A stretch of 64,000 nucleotides of DNA. Source: Owenia fusiformis (lineage: Eukaryota). The notes under the pieces are model-generated. The model was not told where the DNA came from. It worked only from the letters and a program-made list of their open reading frames with translations, and searched no databases. Position 1 is the first letter of the stretch. Each line of letters starts with the position of its first letter. Positions 13,401-25,400 of the stretch are shown piece after piece. The stretch lies in the NCBI GenBank assembly GCA_903813345.2, contig CAIIXF020000001.1, positions 7,254,001-7,318,000 of the forward strand. The letters run 5' to 3'. The translations under genes and the position numbers were made by a program.

Positions 13401-16400
13401 ATGCCAAAAGATGTCACTAGCGCAGCTCGCCCTTCCCTGAAACACAATGAGCCAAACTTTGCTATTTGCTTGAACTGGTTTCAAATTAAAAGAGTAATTC
13501 AGTATAGTACAATATCTCCGTTCAACAAAAGGAGACATCAAAAGGAGATATCAAAATCCTAAAATAATGAATACATGCATTGGAAGAATTAATTGTATTT
13601 ACAAGATGTATGAAGGTGATCTTACTTGATGACAGCAGGTATACATGTTATGTTAGGTTCCTTAGAGGTGAATGGGGAAGCAACAGAAGCCTCTGCTTCA
13701 GACAGTGACACGCCTGCATGTGCTGTCTTCAAGGCCCCACAATCATTGGCCCCATCCCCACACATCCCTACATAGTACCTGCAATACAATAAAATGTGTA
13801 TGTCAGTGACACGCCTGCATGTGCTGTCTTCAAGGCCCCACAATCATTGGCTCCATCCGCACACATCCCTATTCCCTACATAGTACCTGCAATACAATAC
13901 AATGTGTATATCAGTGACACGCCTGCATGTGCTGTCTTCATCCCCATTTCTCAACCAATCAGAATGTAGCATAGATGATTCTCCATACATGAACGACAGT
14001 GCATTATGCACATCCGGGAATCTGAATTATATTGTGACGTCACATCTGGGGGAAACGGCCACTGTCAAAATTTATATGAGAGAATGACAAGTTAACCAAT
14101 GTTTTCTTTATTTTTTATGTTTGAATCCTTAAATAAAATGACTTACCCAACCTCCTGCAGGGCTTCTACAAGTTGTGATTTCTGTTCTGGTGACATCCTC
14201 GCAAAAACAGTGCCCCGCACAACCAACTTCGGGATTATGTCAGGGTAGTACTGCCGGATCAAGCCCCAGGACTTGCCGGTGATAGCAAAATGGAAGTGTT
14301 CATTCCCCTCTTCTATCTCAAGAGAGTAGGTCTCCTGCAAATTGAAGCATTCATCAAAATCAATGCGATAATTCAAGTTTTGACATTCATGCCCATTTTT
14401 AAAATCAGGTTTTTAGCCAACCATTCTTCTGAATTTCCAATGTTTGTTAAAATGCTTGGTGAAATAATGTACTTTAGGTCATCTCAATTATGAAAGAGCC
14501 TAAAATGATTAAAATACATGTAGTTTTAATACATTAATGCTTCTACAAATAAAATATTCAGGAAGTGCAAATCAACAAATCTGTTCAACATGCAAGTGCA
14601 CGAGCAGGTTGTTCATAAACAAATGTTATCTGGCTTACCATTTGCTTTGTGTGGATCTCTTCCACTTTGGACTTGGTATCCTCAGCATACGTCCATTCTA
14701 TCTGAGCATTTTGTTTCCCAATAGGTGGCACGACAGTTACAAGGATCACTTTATCGTTGGGATCGATCATTTCACAATCTCTTGCTACACTCAGGGCAGT
14801 TAGCATATTGTCACCTGTGAATGGAAATAGATTGTATGCATTAAATAACATGTAAAGTTTAATTAAATATAACTTTTTGATTGGTATTTCATAGTCTACT
14901 TTTCTTAGGTCTAGTAACCTATTTTCTCGAAGTGCATTACGCCGTGTGACCAAATAACACCACAGAAATCACAGATTATATTTAGATACCATAATATGAC
15001 ATAAGAGGTGTGGAATACCTGTAACCATAATAGTTCTGAGATCAGCATCTCGTAGTTGTCTAATGACAGGGCTTGTCTCTTGCTTCAGTCTGTTCTCCAT
15101 GACCAGCAGGCCCAGAAATATAAGATCATTTTCCATCTGCTCTCTACAAGGAGAACAAAAATATGTTTGCATGTCCATTATCTATCTCAACCAGAACAAC
15201 GGCAACTCCAAAGCGTAGCGAATCCCATCGAACAGAAATGGCTGGCATTTTACAAACAAAATATATAGCAAATATCGTAAAATAACACACATAAGAAAGG
15301 CCACCATTTTCAAAATGGTTGCTCACTAGCCAAGTTGTCATCAGAAGAAGAAATATGCTTTTAAGTAGCGACATATAAATTTTTTTAAAAATCACCCACG
15401 TATACATGTAAATGCTGACGATTTTTTAAAATGGCCGCCTACTACCCAAAATGTCATAAGACAGTATGCAATCCTTACGAGTATTCACATATCAAATATA
15501 AACAAAATCGCTCTATTACTTTTTGAATTATAATAAAAAATGTAAAACAAGAACACAAATGTGTACAATATGTCCCCACCAAGTGGTGATCCCGTGAAAT
15601 GGTTATCCTGAAAATGAGTAGACAAGACTTTACCAACACAATTTGAGGACGGAAAATCCAAAGTGGCCACCTTAAAATTTACCCAGAATGCCAAAAATTT
15701 AGTCAGTTCTAGATTTTCATACTAAGAACCACCCCTGAAAATTTGAAATTGATCCGTCACACAGTTAACCAGAAAACATGTAAACAAGACTTTACAGACA
15801 AGATTTCAGGATGGAAAATCCAAAATGGCTGCCTTGACATTTACCCAGAATGTCAAAAAACTAATCTGTTTGTAGATTTTCATACTAAGAATCATCCCTG
15901 AAAATATGAAATTGATCTACCAAACGGTTCACCCGAAAACGGGTAGACAAGACTTTACAGACAAGATTTTAGGACAGAAAATCCAAAATGGCTGCCTTAA
16001 CATTTACACAGAATGCAAAAAAACTAATCAGATGTAGATTTTCATATGAAGAATCATCCCTGAAAATTTGAAATTGATCTATCAAACCGTTCACCTAAGA
16101 ACGCGTAGACAAGACTTTACAGGCAAGATTTTAAGACGGAAAATCCAAAATGGCTGCCTTGACATTTACCCAGAATGCAAAAAAACTAATCAGTTCTAGA
16201 TTTTCATACTAAGAATCATTCCTGAAAATTTGAAATTGATCTACCATACAGTTCACCTGAAAACGAGTAGACAAGACTTTACAGACAAGATTTTAGGACG
16301 GAAAATCCAAAATGGCTGCCTTGACATTTACCCAGAATGCCAAAAAACTAATGAGATCTAGATTTTTATACTAAGAATCATCCCTGAAAATTTGAAATTG

Positions 16401-19400
16401 ATCCACCAAATGGTTCACCTGAAAACGCGCAGACAAGACTTCACAGACAAGATTTTAGGACGGAAAATCCAAAATGGCTGCCTTGGCATTTACCCAGAAT
16501 GCCAAAAAACTAATGAGATCTAGATTTTTATACTAAGAATCATCCCTGAAAATTTGAAATTGATCCACCAAACGGTTCACCTGAAAACGCGCAGACAAGA
16601 CTTCACAGACAAGATTTTAGGACCGAAAAATCCAAAATGGCCGACAATAAAAAAGTCCTTATGAGTTTTTGCTGATTTCTTTTTACAAAATTATCACATA
16701 TAACTACTGTTAACAATAAAGTAGGCTTTTACAACAAAGTGCATCTGAAATTATTTATAAAGCTACTAAATAGTTAAAGTATGAAAACTCAAAAACACCA
16801 TTCAATATGATACAAAGTATTATCGCGCGCTAACTTTTCTTAGGACATTCAAAATGGCTGACACGACTGAGCTAGCAGGTCCAAAACCTAATCAGATCTA
16901 GAATGAAGTGAGCTGAACAAGATGTTAAAGTTTTAAAAGCAACTGTGAAGCAGTTTTTCTTAAAGTTTGCAGACAAGGATTTTAGCATTTGACTTCAAAA
17001 TGGCCGACAGGAAGTAGGTTTCGAGTTAAATTTTTTTCATCCACATCTATAGGCACTCATAAGTTATCCCTGAAAATTTGAAGGTGATATCTGTAGCGGT
17101 TTTGGAGAAAACTCCCGGACGTACGGACGGACAGACAGACGGACGGACAGACGGACGCGCCTAGGCCGACAATATGGCCCCACACTATGTGGTGGGGACA
17201 TAATAACACACATAAAAATGGTGGCCATTTTTCAAAATGGCCCACTACTCCCCAAAGTTTTATTAGTCAATGTGCCATGCTAAAAGTATTCACATATCAA
17301 ATATGAACAAAATCACTCCAATACTTTTGGAGTTATAGCAAAAAATGTAAAAATGATGGCCATTTTTTAAAATCGCCACCTTCTACGCGAAGTGTCATGA
17401 GACAGTGTGCAAGGTTCATAAGTATTCACATATCAAGTCTGAACAAAATCGCTCCACTACTTTTCAAGTTATAGTAAAAAACGTAAAAAATGATGGCCAT
17501 TTTTCAAAATGGACGCCTACTACCCAAAGTGTCATTAGACAGTGTGCCATGCTTATAGTATTCACATATAAAATATGAACAAAATCGCTCTACTACTTTT
17601 TGAGTTATAGTCACGCCCGGTGATCATGAAAATGGGACGGAGGGGGGGAGCAGGCAATTTCCGCTAGAAAATTCAACAAATCTGGTAAAATTATTTTTTC
17701 AAGACAGAGTTTACGATTGAATTGCAAATTGAATAAGCGCACGGTATGATAAAATATGTTAGGTATTCTAGGATTATTTTTCAACCGATACTCTTTTAAG
17801 ATATAAGATCTATTAAAAAAGGCGCAACGCAACCAACGTGCAAAAGTCAAAGTTTTTGCTATAAATCAAGCAACAATGGACTACACGACCTGTAATAAAT
17901 ACTTGTAAGTGATGTTATCATAACTAAATTAATGTCATTGCTGAATTTATAAAATAAGTTTCCATACGTAAAATAAAAAATAATCGAAAATAATTAAAAT
18001 GGGACGGAGGGGGGAGGGGACGGAGGGGGGAGTAATAATTCTATAAAGTGAAACATCTTCACACGAATTCTTGTATTTGAAAAATGAACTCATTAACTTA
18101 GTAAGAAACTGGATGATATACCCCTGGAGACTGAAAAATGGGGACATTTGGAGTAAAAGGACTTAAAGTCGCAAAACATCTCTAATCATGTCTTATATAC
18201 ATATTGCTCCCCCCCTCCCCCCCTCCGTCCCAAATTCATTATTTTCGATTATTTTTTATTTCACATATGGAAACTTATTTTATAAATTCAGCAATGACAT
18301 TAATTTAGTTATGATAACATCACTTACAAGTATTTATTACAGGTCTTCCAGACCATTGTTGCTTGATTTATAGCAAAAACGTTGATTTGTGCCTGTTGAT
18401 GGCCTTGCGCCTTTTTTAATAGATCTCATACCTTAGATGCGTATCGTTTCAGAAAAAATCCCAGAAAACCTAACATATTCTACCATACCGTGCGCCTGTC
18501 CATTTAGCAATTCAATAGTAAACTTTTTCTTGAAAAAATAAATCTCCCAGATTTGTTGAATTTCCTAGCAGAAATTGCCTGCTCCCCCCTCCGTCCCATA
18601 TTCACGATCACCAGGCGTGATAGTAAAGAATGTAAAATAACACACGTAAAAATGATGGCCATTTTGAAAAATGGCCGCCTACTACCCAAAATGTCATTAG
18701 ACATTCGCCCATGCTTAAAGTATTCACATACCAAATATGAACAAAATCGCTCAACTACTTTTTGACTTACAGTAAAAATGTTAAATAACACACGTAAAAA
18801 TGGCGGCCATTTTGAAAAATGGCCGCCTACTCCCAAAAATGTCATTAGACATTGTGTCATGCTTAAAGTATTCACATACCAAATATGAACAAAATCGCTC
18901 CACTATTTTTCAAGTTACAGCAAAAATCGTAAAAAGACGTGCAAAGGCAGCCATTTTTCAAGATGGCTGCCATATATTTCTTCTGTATTTACATTTCTAG
19001 CTTAATCAATGTTCTACTTTTTTACATTTAAAACATAATGCTATTACAGTTTTATATGCAGTACCTAAATAACTGTAAAATCGGCACTAAAATGGCCACC
19101 ATTTTTAAATGAGCGGCCATTTTGAAAATCCGTTTTCGAGCAGAACTTCTACCCCCATTGGGTATATGTGTAAAAAATATGAACAAAATCAAGCCAACGG
19201 TATTTGAGTTATTGCCCGGACGGACGGACGGACGTACGTACGGACGGACAGAGGCGTTCCCTATATCCCTTCCGAACTTCGTTCGATGGGATAAAAATAG
19301 AGTGTAATAAAACTTGATTGCATTATAGATCTCAATTAAAGTTCATTGTTGGCTAATGAGATTAGGAAAACTGATAAGAGAATGGGTGTCCAAAAGGATG

Positions 19401-22400
19401 AATTTGTTTTTAAAAGCCCACTGCATGCTTTACCTCTGAGCTCTTTGTACCTTGACCAGGGACATCTTGGGCAATGGTTTATAAGCAACAGCTATCACCC
19501 TGTAGCCTTGCTGGGTGTATTGCATTAATACATCATGGAAGTCAACAGGAACTGAAAATATAAAATGTATGAACATTGATATTTGTAAAAAATTCTGCAG
19601 GTTTACAGGTCTACTACCCTCATGCTTCCAAAGCTGCGTTATTCAAAGAAAATATACCATGTGATGAATTCAATAAGTCTTTGTTGCAGAAAAAAATGAA
19701 TTTGCTATAAATCATCCCACCCTGTAATGCATTCATCCAAGAACAGAAATCAACAAATTTTACATATACAATTTTGTAAGTACATTAAATTTCATTGGCA
19801 AACCTTTGTAGTATAATACTGTTACATATCTTTTGGGGCTAAAATGAGTCCATGAACAAAGCGTTTTCTCAAAAATGTCACATACCTGTTTCCTGCCTGC
19901 ATAATGAGGCCACCATCTCTGGGGCACCTTTTGTATAGAGATCAAAGTGTGTGGAGCCCAACGTACGCGTGATCACTGACATGCGTTGTAGGCTAGATGA
20001 GAAAGTGAACTGACGCACTATGCCAATCTCATAAGGTATATTCTGAAATACAATTACATTGATTGGCAAAGATCTTTGAGGTACTTCAACTTTATTTCTT
20101 CTTTGTGTTTCATGTCATTTCAGTTGGTTACCTTTTAATTACAAAAAAACTGTTTAGAACTGGATGTAAGCATGGTTAACATGATTTATAGGAGTTTGTG
20201 TTATTATTTCCAAAAGTTTCCCTTTATGCTTTCTCATTGCCAATGGTATTTCTAACATGGATCAAAAAGGATAATGCCTTTTTTTCAATAATTTTACTCA
20301 TGTAGGAAATGAAAATTATTCCAGGTCATTAATTCTAGTAGAATTCAATTCAAGTGTTAGACTAATGTTCTAATAATGTTTTAGAAAATGTTTTATGTAC
20401 AATAGTGTACTGGTGCTATGTTAAGTCCACCCGCTATGGCTCAGTGGCAGAGTCAAGGTTACCAATATCGCTTGGCCCGGGTTCGATTCCCGGTTAAGAC
20501 AAGTTTATTTGTGTGTTATGTAATTCTGGGTGTTTGACTGAGTGGTTCACAACTCGTATAGAAGGCTGTGGTGTGTACCTGTATGTCTGTGTACCTGTGC
20601 ACACAAAAGAACACAGGGCTCCTCCAAGGAGGGGTTTCTGGCTCTATCTTCGAGTGTAAAATACGTAAAATACGGAATATACCAATGAGGTATTGCTCGC
20701 CAAATATGGCGGTAACCAAGATATAATAATAATAATAACCACTGGTATATTCACTTCCTATGTAATGAACCACCACAACTACTTACATCTGGTGAGTCAA
20801 AGCTGGCAGATATTCTCTTGTTGTCAGATGTTTTAGGACGTACGACAGTGGGACTGAAAACATCAAACTTTGAAGCATCCTCACCAGGCTCCTCTAAATC
20901 CTAAAATATATTATTTAAGGGAAATCATAAGACACAGCCAAATTAACTACCCATATAAAAATAATATTTTTGAAATCATATTTTCAGTCAATTTTATGCC
21001 TTTTTATATATCCTACTTAAAATGTTTTTGATTGCATTTTTGATGTGACCTTTTTCATATAATCTAGTGAGCCATGCTTTTTTGAGAACATCATATTCCT
21101 GAACTTATCCTTACCCACTTTGTTGATTCGAACATTTTCAAATCCAAGGGGTCTCCACTTATAACACCCTCTATTATAGTGAGAGAATGGCACGTTGCCA
21201 TAGCAGCAGATAAAGGCCCCTTAGGCAAAAGAGAGGGATCATGCTCTGGAGCTTGGAATCTGAAATACAATATATTCATTTCATCATAAGAAAACAGGTG
21301 GTATTTCATAGCAATCATTGATTAATGAAAACCTCACATTCTATAAACATATTAATCTGAGTAGATGAATTCGAAAACATTGATTATATGCACTGTCTTT
21401 AAGAAGTCTCTACATGAATAATTTAATGGGATTACGTATGTTTAATCCAAGGTCAAAACAAGACATTAACATGCAAAATGTCACCACCTGCCATTTGTTA
21501 CAGATGCCAGTTGCCAACACCGTCCACAAAGACGTTGGAGACCATAACGATATGTTACCACTTGTGGTGGTGACATACCACTTGTGGTGGTGACATACCA
21601 CTTGTGGTGGCGACATAAAAACATTGCAAAATGAGCATCTTGAATGGTGAGTGTTCACATCAGCATGTAGAGTTTGATAATACTCTTCAACATACTCCAT
21701 TGTAATATGTGCATGGTCAAACTTACGTATTGTTGCTTTCTTGACCATAAGTAGGTACAACTCCCCACATATCAAGGCCATCCTCAGTTAAAGTACCAGT
21801 CTGAATACAGAAAAATACAGAATAATTGTTTACCTAAACAGGGATATCATATAAACAAGTACTGTATATGTCTTTAATTACATGGTGTGTTTAATTATGC
21901 GTATTTCGCGCTAGACAATTATCACTGAAATATAAATATGAATATTAAAACCTCTCCATAAAAATCGAGGAATGACCAAGTTTAACAAAACAAAAGTAAT
22001 ACATTTTACAGTTTGAATAAACCTAATAAATCATTAATACAGTATTTTATTGTTTGCAATTTCCTTTTTCAATAAATGATGAAGTAATGAAACGATTTTA
22101 TCTTAAATAATCATTGTTTTTCATGTTTCAACTACTGAAAAAGACAGCAAAAAAAATTCAAATATAAATCTGGTAATAATTGAACAGGTACGTCTGCTAC
22201 ATGATCATTTTAAACCATTTTAGGAACTTTTATTCTATAACAGAACATCATACAAATTCTAATTTTAAACTTCATCTTTTAAGTCTAAGATGAACAGCTG
22301 CACAATTTCATCAATAATTTTAATGGTTGGACTGATGTTTGTGTTTGAAATGCCAATGGTAACAATGATTCCATGCCCAGTGGACCGTAAGTAACATTAT

Positions 22401-25400
22401 AAAAGGACATCTATATGATTTTTGTGTGATATATACATAGTACTATTGTTCATGTTCCAAAAATTAGCCTTGGAATCTGCTGGATTTGTATATAATATTA
22501 CTGTTAATTCATTTGCTGGATACTATTTAAATTCCAAATGTACAGTTTTATTGCACATTACACACCACTTGCAAATTGTTACAAAAACTGTAACAATTTG
22601 TTAGAAAAGCCAACCACCACTGCTGAATGCTGGTCTCAAAAAATGAAGGGCAATAAGATATCAACATCTCCTCTTGGAATTGGAAAGGCATTTCAATGAA
22701 CAACAAGGCATTAACATGACAAAATGTCACCACCTAAAACAATTTGGTCAATTTAAAGCAAGTTGGAAAATACCTTTTGACCTTAAGAAGAACTTCTGAG
22801 AACATGTAGATGATTTTGAAAAAAAATTAGTCAATTTGAAGCAAGTTGAAAAAAGACCTTTTTGACCTTGAGAAGGTCATTGAAGGTCAAAGGTCAAATC
22901 TAAAGTCAGATTTGAACTTCTGAGAACTTGTAAAGTCAAATTTGAACTTCTGAAAAGATGTAGATGATTTTGAAAAAAAAATTTGGTCAATTTGAAGCAA
23001 GTTGAAAACAGACCTTTTTGACCTTTTTTGACCTTGAGAAGGTCATTAAAGGTCAAACGTCAAATTAAAAGTCAGATTTGAATTTCTGAGAACATGTAGA
23101 TGATTTTGAAAAAAAAAATTAGTCAATTTGAAGCAAGTTGAAAAAAGACCTTTTTGACCTTTTTTGACCTTGAGAAGGTCAAATGTCAAATCTAAAGTCA
23201 AATCTAAATTTGAATTTCTGAGAACATGTAGATGATTTTGAAAAAAAATTTAGTCAATTTGAAGCAAGATGAAAAAATACCTTTTTGACATTTTTTGACA
23301 TTGAGAAGGTCATTGAAGGTCAAATGTCAAATCTAAAGTCAGATTTGAATTTCTGAGAACATGTAGATGATTTTGAAAAAAAAATTTAGTCAATTTGAAG
23401 CAAGTTGAAAAAAGACCTTTTTGACCTTTTTTGACTTTTGAGAAGGTCAAATGTCAAATCTTAAGTCAAATCTAAAGTCAGATTTGAATTTCTGAGAACA
23501 TGTAGATGATTTTGAAAAAAAATTTAGTCAATTTGAAGCAAGTTGAAAAAAGACCTTTTTGACCTTTTTTGACTTTGAGAAGGTCATTGAAGGTCAAATG
23601 TCAAATCTTAAGTCAAATCTAAAGTCAGATTTGAATTTCTGAGAACACGTAGATGATTTTGAAAATTTTTTTTAGTCAATTTGAAGCAAGTAGAAAACAG
23701 ACCTTTTTGACCTTTTTTGACCTTGAGAAGGTCAGATTTGAAGGTCAAATGTCAAATCTTAAGTCAGATTTGAATTTCTGAGAACACGTAGATGATTTTG
23801 AAAAAAAATTTAGTCAATTTGAAGCAAGTTGAAAACAGACCTTTTTGACCTTTTTTGACCTTGAGAAGGTCATTGAAGGTCAAATGTCAAATCTAAAGTC
23901 AGATTTGAAGGTCAAATGTCAAATCTAAAGTCAGATTTGAATTTCTGAGAACATGTAGATGATTTTGAAAAAAAATTTAGTCAATGTGAAGCAAGTTGAA
24001 AAAAGACCTTTTTGACCTTGAGAAGGTCAGATTTGAAGGTCAAATGTCAAATCTAAAGTCAGATTTGAATTTCTGAGAACATGTAGATGATTTTGAAAAA
24101 AATTTAGTCAATGTGAAGCAAGTTGAAAAAAGACCTTTTTGACCTTGAGAAGGTCATTGAAGGTCAAATGTCAAATCTAAAGTCAGATTTGAACTTCTGA
24201 GAAGATCTAGATGATTTAGAAAAAAATTGAAGTCAGTCTAAACAGTATTTGTTAAGTTATAGGAAGTTGTAAGAAATTGTTACAGACGCCGGACGCCGGA
24301 CGCCAACCACCAACCGCCGTCGCAAAAAAACGGAGACCATAACAATATGTCACCACTTTTTGGTGGTGACATAATATATACTTCACAAAATTACGAAATA
24401 CTTTTGAAAGTTGGCTTCTATCGTTTTTTTTATTTGGTATTGCATACTACATACAATTACATGTACATGTATAGTGTGAGGTTAGATGAGTTTATTCCAT
24501 TCATAAGCTTCACAAACCCATGATTATAAATTACAATTTGATTTGAGGTTAGATGAGTTTATAAAGATGAGTTTGTAAATAACAATATAATTTGAGGTAA
24601 GATGAGTTTATAAATGACAATATGATTTGAGGTTAGATGAGTTTATAAATGACAATATGATTTGAGGTTAGATGAATTTTATAAATAACAATATGATATG
24701 AGGTTAGATGAGTTTATAAATGACAAAAAAAAACATGATTATAAATTGCAATTTAATTTGGTTTTAGATGAGTTTATAAAGATAAGTTTGTAAATAACAA
24801 TATGATTTGAGGTTAGATGAGTTTATAAATAACAATATGATTTGAGGTTAGAAGAGTTTATAAATGACAATATGATTAGAGGTTAGATGAGTTTATAAAT
24901 GACAATATGATTTGAGGTTAGATAAGTTTATAAATAACAATATGATTTGAGGTTAGATGAGATTATAAATGACAATATGATTTGAGGTTAGATGAATTTA
25001 TAAATGATAATATGATTTGAGGTTAGATGAGTTTATAAATGACAATATGACTTGAAGTTTATAAATGACAATATGATTTGAGGTTAGATGGATTTATAAA
25101 TGACAATATGATTTGAGGTTAGATGAGTTTATAAGTGACAATATGATTTGAGGTTAGATGAGTTTATAAATGACAATATGATTTGAGGTTAGATGAGATT
25201 ATAAATGACAATATGATTTGAGGTTAGATGAGTTTATAAATGACACTATGATTTGAGGTTAGATGAGTTTATAAATGACAATATGATTTGAGGTTAGATG
25301 AGTTTATAAATGACAAATACCGAAGAAATATCAAGGGCAAGTGTTTATAGAAGATATATAACATAAAACATACAAGAACACAAATGTGTACAAAATGTCC

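Larger units (their letters stand above)
15189..19294 (-). mobile_element. Non-autonomous Helentron/DINE-1-like element, family A, with two nested insertions
   Basis: Subterminal inverted repeat ATCCCATCGAAC at both ends, terminal hairpin, (GACG/GGAC)n microsatellite at ~19220-19250, ~120-bp internal tandem units. Empty site in the duplicate at ~1270. Confidence 0.8.

Noticed and set aside
17057-19307. Several 60-123 aa ORFs
   Set aside because: They lie within tandem units of non-autonomous elements; no transposase, Rep or helicase motifs.
20428-20500. Possible tRNA gene
   Set aside because: A and B boxes are present, but I could not form convincing acceptor or anticodon stems; it continues into a body and (ATA)n tail, so it is better read as a SINE.
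24535-25315. CRISPR-like array of 35-bp repeats
   Set aside because: Repeats are head-to-tail with no unique spacers, there are no cas genes, and the context is a eukaryotic intron.
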